The notes under the pieces were generated by a model that ran no database searches, was not told the origin of the DNA, and saw nothing but the letters and a program-made list of their open reading frames with translations. From contig MU008168.1 of assembly GCA_010909165.1 (NCBI GenBank), positions 248,001 through 312,000 on the forward strand: 64,000 nucleotides of DNA. The letters run 5' to 3'. This DNA comes from Anthoceros angustus. Its lineage: Eukaryota > Plantae > Anthocerotophyta. Positions 48,500-60,030 of this stretch are shown here, in pieces. Numbering within the stretch: the stretch's first letter is position 1; every line of letters starts with the position of its first letter. The position numbers were made by a program, and so were the translations under genes.

Positions 48500-49348
48500 C
48501 ATGCCCATAAGCCAGCTCAATTGGGGAGATGCGCGGCTTCCTGCTCTGGGCAGGGAGATGGGTGGTCGGGCTTCGGAACCCAATTGGAGCTTGCTGGATG
48601 ATAATGACCCTTACAGTCCTGCAGTCTACGGTAGGAGCATGACAGTTGAGACCGTAAGCAAGCTATGTACATATGTCATCAGGGCCATGCCCCTGAGGCT
48701 TTGGGGGACAGAGTTCTGGCACGGACAGACGGTTGTGTCGCCAGATCCCTGTTTTATCCAGATCCCTGTTTTATATGTAGTGTGCTGAAGAAATGTGTAA
48801 TGAGAAATGATCTTGTTGTGGGTCGTCGTGTTTATGCTTTCGAGGTGGGAAGGGGGTATGAGTCGGACACCTTCCCGTGCAACCACATCATGTGTATGTA
48901 TGCCTCCCTGGCAGATTGCAGGACGCGGCGGATGTATTTACCGTGGTTGAGCAACCGGATGCCTTCATGTGGTCTTTCATAATTTCTGTGCATGTTAGAC
49001 GATGACAAGACAAGCAGGCCATAGGACTGTATCATGAGATGTGCAGGTCGGGTGTGAAGCCGGATGTGCAGGTCGGGTGTGAAGCCGGCCATGTGTTTGT
49101 GGCCGCTTTTCGAGCTTTTGCAAGAGGGTCATACTTGAGAACTGAGCAGCATGTGCATGCTGATCTGCTGGCCAATGGGTTTCAGCCGCAATTGTTTGTG
49201 TGGAATAGCTTGGTGGATATGTATGCAAAGTGTGGCAGGGTGGAAGACGCTCAAAGGGTATTTGACGAACCCATTGGTGATAAACGATGTCGTCACCGGA
49301 TTGTTTTCATTGCATGATATTCCCAGCAGGGCATGGGCTAGGAGGCGC
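48500..49348 (+). pseudogene. PPR pseudogene fragment (5' part of the 36-kb PPR family)
   Basis: NWSLLDD..TVETVSKLC, GRRVYAF..YESDTFPCNHIM, EQPDAFMWS, LVDMYAKCGRVEDAQRVFD with frameshifts and a 20-bp internal duplication near 49040-49088. Confidence 0.85.
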
Positions 49349-49354
49349 CGACAC

Positions 49355-49490
49355 ATTGTTTTGTATTTAAGAGTTGTTTTGTTCTTTTTAACTATATTCT
49401 TGCTTTCAACTTTCAACAACAAGTTTTATATTGTTTTGTATTTAAGATTTTAACTATATTCTTGTTTTCAACTTTCAACAACAAGTTTTA
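49355..49490 (+). repeat. Two AT-rich ~65-70 bp direct repeats
   Basis: TTAACTATATTCTTGyTTTCAACTTTCAACAACAAGTTTTA x2. Confidence 0.85.
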
Positions 49491-49949
49491 CAGACTTCCA
49501 CAAGTTCTAGCATGAACATAAGGAACTGATGTCTTGCCAGATCCTGTATAGGAAGTGAAAGAGTATAAGGTAGCCCATGGGAATCACAAGGCCTCCAAAC
49601 CCAATCAGGTCTGAGCCTCGCGTTAGTCATAGTAGCACCAAAATTAACCCACACGGACTACTTGGGCATGGGCAAGCTTTCATTCATGCATGTTCATCAA
49701 TGCCATGCATGAAGCTCCTCTTTATCCTCAGTGCCTAATGCACCCCCTTCTCTCAAAGCTTTAGTCATAGCCTTTAAAGCTTTGAGTTTGCTAACTCCGG
49801 AAATCTCAAATGAATCTCATGATAGCTTGTAGATAACCTTGCTAGTATCCTAGATATCATGTATATTCTTTTGATGGAATAACTTAAACATACCCATATT
49901 GTAACATATCTTTATACACTAACACAACAAGACATCAATCAGGTATCAG

Positions 49950-50130
49950 GTTTGGTATCCAATCGGCACCAGCTTTCGAATTTGGTGTCCAATTAGCAAG
50001 CAGCTCTCGGATTCGGCGTCCAATCGGCAATCAAAAGATCTCAGATTTGGCATTTGGCATCCAATACGCAATCAGCTCTCGATTTGGCGTCCAATCTGCA
50101 ATCAAAAGATCTCAGATTTGGCGTCCGATG
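49950..50130 (+). repeat. Minisatellite of ~30-bp degenerate units
   Basis: TTTGGCGTCCAAT-like core about 6 times; CAATCAAAAGATCTCAGATTTGGC x2. Confidence 0.8.
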
Positions 50131-50270
50131 GGCATATGCAAGTTCCAATCAGATACATCTTATAGCTATTTGAGAAATTATGCACAAGGAATGCAGCTCT
50201 AAGTGTGGACCCAAGTTAGTTAGATATCAGCTACCATGCACAGCAAATAGTCACGCAGGGAGAAACACTT

Positions 50271-50443
50271 AAAAGGCCCGCTCATGTTAGCTCGCCGGAC
50301 CACTTATAGCCAGACCCGCATCCGTGAGCATCCAATCTCGAGGACACTCAAACTCTAAAAGGCCCGCTCAAGTTAGCTCGCCGGACCACTTATAGCCAGA
50401 CCCTGCATCCGTGAGCATCCAATCTCGAGGACATTCAAACTCT
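50271..50443 (+). repeat. Tandem 2 x ~86-bp repeat
   Basis: AAAAGGCCCGCTCA..GGACAyTCAAACTCT at 50271-50356 and 50357-50443. Confidence 0.9.
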
Positions 50444-50656
50444 CCGGCATGAAAGAGCTCGAGATGATCGAATCGAATCGGTCAGCGAGATTAATGAACC
50501 CATCATCGAGTCTAAATTTTTAGTCTTTAAAATTATATCAAATTTGAAGGCTATATATGTATCTAGTGATCTCATATACTCATCATCCGTCATCACTCAA
50601 GCTAGGTGATACCTTGAAAGACCATATTCAGAACCATAGGTCTCCAGCAGATTGAC

Positions 50657-52006
50657 ATGCTATCATCCGTTCCAGCAAAGCCAGGGTTCGAGATGGATGC
50701 AAATGGGGAGATGGATGCGCATCCCGATGCCGAGGGCGTTGCATGTGGCGAGCTGCCTTACGACATGGTGGCCAAGATCCAGGCTCAGCTACCGCTAGTG
50801 AGTCTGGTGCGATCGCGCGCGACGTGCAAAGCGTGGAACGAGGCGGTGGCGTCGCCGTTCTTGTTGCGGGAGCGGGTGGCATCTCGAGGAGGCATCTCAG
50901 ACCCATGCCTGCTGTTCATGACAGTCTACTGCGAATCAAGCATCCACTCTTGCGCCTACGACCCCGCCTCCGACCGCTGGTACCTACTCCAACTCCCGCC
51001 ATGGGTGCGATCCGGATCCCCCAAGGACCTGGATGTCCCGGAGACGCGAATAAACGAGCTCCCCTCGGTGTCGGCGGGAGGTGGCGTACTGCTGTCTGCT
51101 GTCTACTCGACCAAGGGGGCGGGATATGAGGTCATTTCGCACATCGGCAACCCCGTGGTAGCGCGCTCCTGGACCCGGCTGCCGGCATTCGGGTCGAATC
51201 CGAGTTCCTTGGGACCACAACACGTGCAGGGCATTTTCGTGGACGCCACAACGCGCCGTTTCAAGCTGGTGGCAGTGCAGGAGACGCGGTATGGCATAGA
51301 TTTCTGGGATAGGGATGAGTCCATCCCGTCCACCTTCGTTTTCGATTCCGCGCGCGCGAGTTGGAGTGTGACAACCCGCGCCATGCCTGCCACCGGGGTC
51401 CTTAACCAAGGGTCCGATCAGGGAGTGTTTGTGGGCACGGTGCTCTACTGCCTTGCAGGGGACTGGTGGAATCTAATGGCCTACGACCTGGAGCGGGCCA
51501 CCTGGAGCTGGGTGGCCGTGGCCAAGCCGGAACCCCTCTTCCATATCTTCCAATCCATCCTCATCAACGTGCAGGGCCGGGTGCTGTGCGTGGCCCTAGG
51601 CGTGGTCGGCCTTAAGTTGGAAGATGCGTGTCTTCAGATCTGGGAGCTGGAGTTCGCGAGCATGACCTGGTCCGCGGTGGACACCATGCCCGCTGCCATG
51701 TTCGATCAATTCCTGCAGACTCAACGCACGCGTTGGGACCCGGCTCTGGATTCGGCCTTTCATCACATTTACAACTACAGTTCTTACGAGCGCATCAAGG
51801 TCGTTGCCGGGAAACACTGTGAAGTATACGTCATGCAGGACAACGTGGAAAAGATCGCGGCCCTGAGTTTGCGACAAATGCCTGCGGCTTGGAGGTGGCT
51901 TCCCTCCTGCCCCTTATATAAGCAATTTGAATTTGAATGTGTGACGAAGACCATTCACTGCGTGGATCCTTGGCTGCAACTCGGTAGCTGGGTGAAGCAG
52001 GATTAA
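50657..52006 (+). CDS. F-box protein with a kelch/FBA-like C-terminus, single exon
   Basis: 449-aa ORF; F-box ELPYDMVAKIQAQLPLVSLVRSRATCKAWN; AYDPASDRW, NPV..SWTRLP, VFDS..SW, VFVGTVLYCL, AYDLERATWS, IWEL..MTWSAVDTMP. Confidence 0.9.
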   Translation: MLSSVPAKPGFEMDANGEMDAHPDAEGVACGELPYDMVAKIQAQLPLVSLVRSRATCKAWNEAVASPFLLRERVASRGGISDPCLLFMTVYCESSIHSCAYDPASDRWYLLQLPPWVRSGSPKDLDVPETRINELPSVSAGGGVLLSAVYSTKGAGYEVISHIGNPVVARSWTRLPAFGSNPSSLGPQHVQGIFVDATTRRFKLVAVQETRYGIDFWDRDESIPSTFVFDSARASWSVTTRAMPATGVLNQGSDQGVFVGTVLYCLAGDWWNLMAYDLERATWSWVAVAKPEPLFHIFQSILINVQGRVLCVALGVVGLKLEDACLQIWELEFASMTWSAVDTMPAAMFDQFLQTQRTRWDPALDSAFHHIYNYSSYERIKVVAGKHCEVYVMQDNVEKIAALSLRQMPAAWRWLPSCPLYKQFEFECVTKTIHCVDPWLQLGSWVKQD

Positions 52007-52695
52007 GAATATGTATTTAACTGTTACCCGCAGCGACCAGTTGTAGACTACATGTATAGGGAAGGCCAGCCTAGTCTAGCAAGATCGTGCAAATTTTCGG
52101 ACGCGATTTCCTTCGAATAAAGATCGCAGCATCGTTTACAACTTTCCTCCTGCTGTGGAAAATGTGCAGGCCGCTCGAACCGAAGTGCTCCGCAGATTAG
52201 CCCCGTTGGTCTTATGTGGTGACATGGGTGACAGCAAGTTTTAATTTGTTGCAGTCTCGTTTGTCCCTGCTCACAAGTGTAGTGGACAGACCATGTCCAG
52301 AGAAAAGCATGGGTGTGTTCTGCGTTATTGCGAGGCTCCCAGCCCGAGGGATCATTCCGGTCGGGGACGCCTAAAGTTGCTGGTTATCGTGGATATTGGA
52401 CTTGGTGCGAAAGAAGACTTTTGCTTGACGAAGACGACGCTTGCTTGCAAACAGGGTGCTCCAGCACAAACAACAATGTGAACAGCAGCGCTGAGGTGAA
52501 GAGCAGTACCAGGTACAGCAGGTGGTCAAGGAGATTCTGCGTCCCGCAATTTCGAATTCGCATACAGTTCAAGTCCGACGTCCCAGACAAGTTCGAGCGT
52601 GGCAGTTTACTGAGCACACATATACACAAATTCTGCAATGCCATCTTGACAGTCTCATCCTAGCAGGTCTAATTACACGCTGGTGCCCTCAACCC

Positions 52696-53555
52696 AGTAC
52701 TTGTTCCTAGCAGATCTAGTATGAGACGATCGCTGATATTCCAGTTGCAGGCGGAAGCCCACTGCTGTGAGGGTACTCAGTGCTGCTTATCTATCTCGTC
52801 CCTCTTTCTCTTGGTAGCGATATTCTCCTAATGGGTCTGTCCGTGGGATGTCCTGATGGCATGCAATTTATCTAGGGTCGACTTGCCCCTGTCGCAGACG
52901 ACTGGTTCATGGTACAGATGGGTTTCGGAATCATTTGTGTCCAATCGAAAGGCTAAGAAAATTGGCAAGGATATATGCCTGTGCCTTTGTGGTAGAGCAA
53001 GACAATGCACATCCTCGCGAGAGGTGACCTTTGTGGCGCTTGGAACGCTAATGGACGTACGTTGCTCTTGTGAGAGATCACTGGCCACGTGGCCTGTTGC
53101 AGAACATGGAAGGCGTCACAGCAAGCTTCCTTCGCACACCTTCACATGATCCAGCCCTTTCCACACACACAAAAACTTGGACAAACTGTGTGGAGACATG
53201 ACAGAAGAAGAAACTGTAGTGGACCATCTCAATAGAAACTGTAGACCACTATCTCAATAATATTGATGGGCTGGTTAATATATGGCTGGACAGTTTCAAC
53301 TAGAGTCATATACTGTATGTTCATACAGTGCTAGCTACTCTTCCATGTTTCGGCATTTATGACTCAACTGCCATCAATCAGCCTGCGTGTTCAACGGCAC
53401 AGCTGGTGTGCAGGGATTTCCTTCACGACACAACTTGCATGGCCGCGCTCATCGACCCCAAATTTCCCTCACGTACAAGTCGGGGGCCAACGTGCGTGTG
53501 GAGACACGAGGCATCTGCACTGGCCATACCAGTACCCTCATCGACCAAGGTTTAA
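52696..53555 (+). pseudogene. Decayed partial copy of URH1 with intron remnants
   Basis: Colinear with the reverse complement of about 16240-14920: ADIPVA exon, HGTDG..KAKKIGKD..VALG exon, FLHDTTCMAALIDP..RVETRGICTGHT exon; many indels and missing exons. Confidence 0.85.
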
Positions 53556-53719
53556 TTTTGACGTCATCAGCCAACGAGTCCGTTCTGCCTGTTAAATATT
53601 CCGGATCCTGATCCAAGCTTTGAAGAAATCCCTGTGGTCTTGCAGATGGGCATCACATAAACCATGAACTAACCAGCCGAAAGTTGATTCGACTGTGGAC
53701 GAAGTGCCGACCATCGGGC

Positions 53720-53950
53720 GATGGCCTGTACAGAAGTGCCGACCATCGGGCGATTGCCAACGTACCGACAAGGATCGCGTGTCATTCGTGTCCTTTGTGC
53801 TGCCTAATCCGAAACCGACACTCTTAGTGGCGCCTCAGCTAGTGTCGCCGCATCGACCTGCTCTTCACCGGCTCTTCACCTTCGAAGAATTCGTGAAAGT
53901 GGTTAGCACTTTGCCGAGCTGCCCGATGCGAACTAAACCCCTGCCAACTT
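53720..53950 (+). pseudogene. 2-ODD last-exon fragment, copy B
   Basis: (N)GLYRSADHRAIAN-DKDRVSFVSFVLPNPKPTLLVAPQLVSPHRPALHRLFTFEEF. Confidence 0.65.
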
Positions 53951-54189
53951 CCGCTTGTTGGAAGTCACTTCGAACTGCGGACCTCACTGCTAGGAAGGAA
54001 AGCAGCTCAAGTACGTGGCTCTCTAGCTGACCACATCCAATTTCTAAAGATCAAGGACCAAATCCCAAGGAAAAAGGACCAAGCATCTCCAGGACACACT
54101 GGAAAGTGGATACAGATTTCCCCTCTACCACAGGATTGGAGCTTCTATCCACAGTGCTCCGTCTGGTGCAGAACTGCAAACCTCTTCGA

Positions 54190-57100
54190 CTAGCCAGCTT
54201 CTAATCGTCGAATTTCCATGTCTAACCCTCGAATAATTCTATCAGACACACTGTATACTCCAGAATCAAGCAGTTCCGCTTTCTGTTTTCTCAATCTCCG
54301 TATCTCCTTCTCCTGGAAAGGTGCTTGAGGCCCTTCTTCATCGACCGGCTCATTCTCCACATCGCTCAATCTGCGACTTGCAAACTGGCTCTCGTTATAC
54401 TGATATCTGCGGCTCTGGCCCACCTCCAGTAAGGGTTGCCGGGCCTCAGGAACCCTGGGTTCTTCCGCACTTCGATCAACCTTATTGGCCTGCTTGACTT
54501 GATCCGAGGCATTCCCCAGAGGTGTTCCGAGCCGAGAATTCTCCATGGCCGGTTTCGCAAATAGGGGCTCTGCGCCGTCGTCCTCAGATTCCCAGGCAGC
54601 AATTTCTACCTCTCTTCTGCCCGGCGCTTGCACAGGAGCCTGAGATTTCCGCGGCTTGACTTTCTTAGGTGCGGGAGGCCGGGCGGGAGCTTTAGACTGG
54701 CCGGGCTTGGGTGGAGGGGAGAGCTGCGAGGAAACAGCGGCCGTCACGGCAGCAGCAGCAGCAGCGGTTGCTGCAGTTACCGCAGTTTGTTCCTGCACCT
54801 GAAGTCGCCGCAGCTGTTCACCGACGCGGTCCAGGTCTTGGTTTCGCGCAGTATGCATCGTTCCATGTGCTGGAACACACATGGATCCGTCATCCTGGCC
54901 CTGATCCAGATTGAGGCGATCACGGTAGAAGGTTGCCATCTCCTTTGCCATTCGCAGAACCTACATGCGAGAATGATATCAGAACATGCTCTCAACTTCG
55001 AGCACAGTGCACGCAAACCCTACAAGACAACGGCTCCTTACTTGTGACTTATACTCCTCCTTGGACCGCACTGCTGCCTCCAATCTCGCATTCAAATCGT
55101 TGCACTGTTGCTTGAGACCAACACTTGGGCAGATAAATCTACCTCAAATGTGTTTCGCTGTGCGGCCTTGAAATCACTGAACTGCTTTTCCAGCCCAGCA
55201 AGAGCTTTGTTCGCAGTAGCTAATCTCTTTTCCAGCACTGCATGTTGTTCCAGCAGCGCAGTGTACTTGCCTTGCTCAAGTTCTACTCGATGTTCGCACT
55301 CAGTTTGGAGCCTTTTCACGGCCACCTGCCAACAAGCACACCGGCTCAGTGCCTGAATTGATGATAACCACGCTATCACCCTCTGTGACAGGTCATACAG
55401 ACCTGTGCATCAGTAACTCGTTGAGCATATTCACGCTCAAGGCCATCCCTCCTCAGCTTGGCTGCTTCTTGCCTTGCACAAGCTTTCTCTCCATCTTTTC
55501 CAGTTCAAACATTTTTGTCCTGCCAGGTTTCAACACCAAACTTCTCACAATCGAAGAAGAAAGCTACAAGGTATGCGCACCACGTTCAATCTGTACGCAT
55601 TCCCTTGAAGTCTTTACCTTTACCAAGACGAAAAACAAAGAAGTCATGTTTGAAATTCGCTTAGGGGTCTCACTTCAACTTATTCTCCAGAGCATCCTGT
55701 TCCTTCCTGGTCCTTTCCATCTCTGCCAAGTGTGCTCGTTCTTTTTCCGCCACTCAGCTTCGAGAGCAGCCATCCGAACCATTTCCTTTCCTTCAAATCA
55801 GCTCGCCATTTTGCTTCTTCCGACCTCCTCCACATCTCAAATTCCCAAGCCATTTCATATTCAAGAGTCTGCCTCAGATCCTGCTCTTGGCATGGAGCAG
55901 CGTCTTTGTGGTCCATCCCAGCTTTCGGAAAGCTTTCCTGCGAGAACCCGTTGGTGTGACCAGTGAACATATCATCTTCCACTTCCTTCACTGGATGCTC
56001 TTCAGGCTTTTTACGCCTTTTGGGGCTCCATGACAGGCCCCAACTCTTCCAGGGCCAGTACCACACGCACAGCGCCAATATTGACCTGACAGCATAAACT
56101 CAGAACATGAGCTTACAAGAGCATACATGCCTGGGAACTATATGTGCTTCGAAAACACGGACTTGGAAACTTCAAACAACAGATCTGTCATTGGTATTTC
56201 AACAGAGAAACCTTGTGTGGAAAACATGAAGCCCAGTTCAGTGCTACCTGTTGTTCAGATCTTGGGCCGTCATCACCCGATGGTGACGGTGAAAAGACGG
56301 GGCATATCCATCAAGTCTTGAATCATGCATAAGTGATGCCATGGGTATGGATGCAACCCCAATAACACTGTCGGCCATGTATCTGCGGCATGGGAACCAT
56401 ATCCGGAATCAGAGCTCCAAGCTACCCACAACCAGGCAGCACCGACACAAGAATGCACAGGACCATCCGGCACAAGCAGTACCTGTCGGAATGCAGAACT
56501 TGGGCCACAATGTGAGGCTCCTCTGCAAGTGCAGCAGACAAGGCTGAAATGGTGGCAGGAAGCTCCAATGCAACATAGCTGTTACCAGCATCCACAGACT
56601 CAGACCTCGACACCTGAGCAAAACTGGATTGCTAATGAAGAAAATGCAGCACCAGCGGAGCCGCATTGACGCACCCGTTAGGGATGACGATCTCCGTGCC
56701 CTTGGCCACAAGCACCGGCGGATGCGTGCGCAGAGGGGCCGTGAGCTTGGCGGCGTTGGCGGAGTACGGCGTCGCCATGGCCAGTTTCACGATGGAATGC
56801 GGCAGCACCACCCGCACGAATGCGTTCACTGCCCTGGCTGGCAACCTGGAGCCCGCGCGGAAGCTGCGCACATCCACGCTCACCCGGAACACGCGCATCC
56901 CGCCGTCCTCCATGCGCCCCTTGTCCCCCTCTTCCGCCAGACCCTGCCCTCCCTGCTCCGCCGCCATGCCCAACACGCCCCCTGCCGCCGCCATCGCTGC
57001 TGCTGCTGCTCCTGATTAGCGCGCTAAGGTGCTGATTCCACCATCCCCAAGGGCGACTGGAACTGAATGGCCTTGCATTGGGCTACGTTGCCTGCCTGCG

Positions 57101-57270
57101 GCCTCCGGCATGTGGGGCAAGATCCTGGTCCCCGACTGTGGGCTTCGCGCCCCTGAACGTTTGAAGGAGTGACCACACAGAGACAGTTTGGGCTGTGTCG
57201 GCGTGGCTTGCCTTTCTTACTGCTCCTTGTTGAGAAGGCCATCTGAATCCGATGACAAGTTTTACCGCTC
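54190..57270 (-). CDS. CEP120: CEP120-like protein, copy B, apparently 5'-truncated
   Basis: Near-identical to copy A, with the same exons and the same junction to a PPR fragment. Confidence 0.78.
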
Positions 57271-57602
57271 CCCAAGCTCAAGCCCATAAACCAGCTTGGG
57301 GAGACGCGCGGCTTCCTGCTCTGAACAGGGAGATGGGTGGTCGGGCTTCCAAACCCAATTGGAGCTTACTGGATGATCCTGATTCTTGCAGTCCTGCAGG
57401 ATACGGTAGGGGCATGACAGCTGAGACCGTGAGCAAGCTGTGTCATCAGGGCCATGTCACAAAGGCCGTTGAGGCTTAAAGGAGTTCTGGTGCGGTTGTG
57501 TTTCCAGATCCCTGTTTTATATGTATTGTGCTGAAGAAATGTACAATGAGAAAGAATCTTGTTGTAGGTCGTGGTGTTCATGCTTTCGCGGTGGGAAGGG
57601 GG

Positions 57603-59931
57603 GAGAAGGAGACTTTATCATGAAAAAGAGATGGAAACCATCTACCCACGAGAAGAGGAGCAACCCGTATGAGGGCACCATACCATGGGGGGCTAACCCC
57701 GTTGTCGCCACTCCTGTAACTGCCTATTGTACCAAATATCAAAATCGGGGATGTGAAAGGGCCTACCCACCACCAGTGCCAAAGAAATCGCCTACCATGT
57801 ACTCGCCGTTGTCCTATACCCCACGTTGACCAATGCCCGTTACAGGGCGATGGACACCCATTGTCTATAGAAAGCCACGATACATGAAAGAGGGAGGCCA
57901 ACCCGTTCCTGCGGCTGTGGTACTCCTTAGCACAGGTCTTAAGGAACCTAGAAAAGGTCTTGCCCATGGCCCCATGGATCTCGATGGCGAGGGGATGAAG
58001 GTGTGCCCCTGTTGCATGGGAGAGTACTTACGAACCTTCATCATGGCACATCCCTCCGCTGCCCACCCCGGAGGGTTGAGGATCACATGCTCACTGACGA
58101 AATCCCGAGTGGGGTCGGTAACAACCACATCTGCAACCGAAACCTGGTTCCCCTGGGCCAAAAAAAGGTCCGCCCGGAGGGTAACCTCGTTAGGCAGAGT
58201 ATAAGGGTGCTCCCTGTAAGGAAAGAAGCCTCCCTCCTTGGCCAACGAAAACATGACGTCGCGAACAACGTCATGTGTAGCAATGCATTGCCCGCCCACG
58301 GGACAGCGAGCAAGGTGGATACCCGAGTCGTCGAGGGGCACCCCACAGCTGCAAGCCTGGAGAGAGCAAACCAAAGGCTGGACCAGGCCCAGGCAAAACC
58401 TCGTCGTGGTAGAAAAAGAGGCTGGTGCGATTCGGAAAGCCTGTATGCAAGACCGCGCAAGAAGCCATGAACCTGCTCCCTTACCTGAACAAGAGCGGAG
58501 ACGCTTGAAGGCCACGAAAAGGTAATGCTGCCCTAGCATCTATGGGTCCGTAGGGAACCTCTAGCCAAATGGAGGGCCACCTGCAAGGGAAAACCACCTT
58601 CCTCCACTCCCGCGACGAAGGACTCTAGAATGCGAGAATCCCTAATGACGAAGCGAGAGACTAGGATGGGAGTAAAGAGGGCCCAACTCCCAAGGAAAGC
58701 TGCCGGCCCTAAGGCCAAGAGACCAGTGCCCCCAAAAGCGACAGGGAGGGACACCTGTCTCCTGACCAAGTCCCCAGAAGCGCACTCCAAGGAGCCTGGG
58801 CCAATGATGTCGACCAGCGCTTGTATAACATGCTTGTCAATACCCCTCAGGCTGAACAAGAATCCCAGGAAGGGCGGAAATGTGCGGAGGAGGTAGCCTG
58901 GCCGGCACGCAAAACACGAAGATAGAATAACGAATGCCCCTTGTGAATCCCCCTATTGGGAGATATCGCCGATATGTACCAAGTCCCCCTCCAAGGCCAC
59001 ATCCACGAATTCCTATACGAAAATAGGGGGCCCCACTGGGACCCTTAAACCTGAAGGCCCGTGCAGAAACAATATCCCCCTGAGGATATTGAAGAGTGGG
59101 CACCTCGTCGGAGGGGGACCTTACTCTGCACTTTAAAATCTTCACCTTCACACCAAGGCAGGAGAGCTCCAAAGAGAAAAGATCAAAAGCCCCCTTGACC
59201 CAGTCATCGGGCCCCATAATATGGGTGTCATCCGCCACCGGGGATACAAACAATCCCAAAACGAGGATGTAGTTATGGACAGAGCCCGGTAATGAGCCAT
59301 GGCAAGCAGGGCGTCCCCCAACGGATCCCCTTGCCTGGTGCCAGCTGCTGAGGCCAACACCGAAACCCCCTTGACAGCGGGCCCATGCTGATAGTAGAGA
59401 TCTTAAGGGGACCCGTAAAAAGAGCGGACGAAAGGGATGAGGTTGGCAAGCTGCCCACCTACAACCTTGAGCTCGTCGAAAATGGCTGCCCTGGAGACCA
59501 TGTTAAAAGCATTTTCGACGTCCACCTACAATGTTACCTAGTTGGGATGGGACTCCAAGATCGCCCTCACATTGAAAGCCATGGACTCGCACCCCCCCGA
59601 AGTAGCTATGCCGAATTGGTGTGGGTTGAGGTGACCCTGAAATTGCTCCCGAAGTTATGCTGTGACTAATTAAACACAAAAACGCCTCTCCCACTGCTAT
59701 GGGGCGAACCCCGGGGGTGGGCTTCTCCATAGCCAACAAGCGACTAGCCCCCAACACTTGAGCAATCCGAAAGGAGGTCTTCCCCCTCGCCACCGCAACC
59801 GCCAAAAGGAACAACTCCGAGAACCCGCTAGAGGGATCTTCGGGGTTAAAGTAATCTCGGGGCCGTCTTCGGTCGAGCCCTCATCTTAGCCTCGCGCCTT
59901 TCCGCGGGGTCTGTCGGGGACACTCTATGAC
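57603..59931 (-). mobile_element. 5'-truncated CRE-like non-LTR retrotransposon (RT + zinc knuckle + restriction-like endonuclease), frameshifted
   Basis: RT: KPTPGVRPIAVG-EAF, DVENAFNMVSRAAIFDEL, GTRQGDPLG, VADDTHI. C-terminus: CSCGVPLDDSGIHLARC, THDVVRD, RADL..ADVVVTDP, KVRKY..FIP, RQWVSIAL. Confidence 0.85.
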
Positions 59932-60030
59932 CCGTCATGGGACTTGGTCCTTAACAACTTGTACCATGGTGTGCCTAAGCTACTTGCACCAAGGGCATCC
60001 ACTCCCTTTAGGCACCCCATCTAAGTACCC
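59932..60030 (-). mobile_element. Partial SINE-like element (copy 3) abutting the 5' end of the CRE element
   Basis: CCGTCATGGGACTTGGT..CTTTAGGCACCCCATCTAAGTACC matches the middle of copies 1 and 2. Confidence 0.85.

Noticed and set aside
49950-50443. CRISPR-like array
   Set aside because: Eukaryotic context; repeats are degenerate with no unique constant-length spacers and no cas genes.
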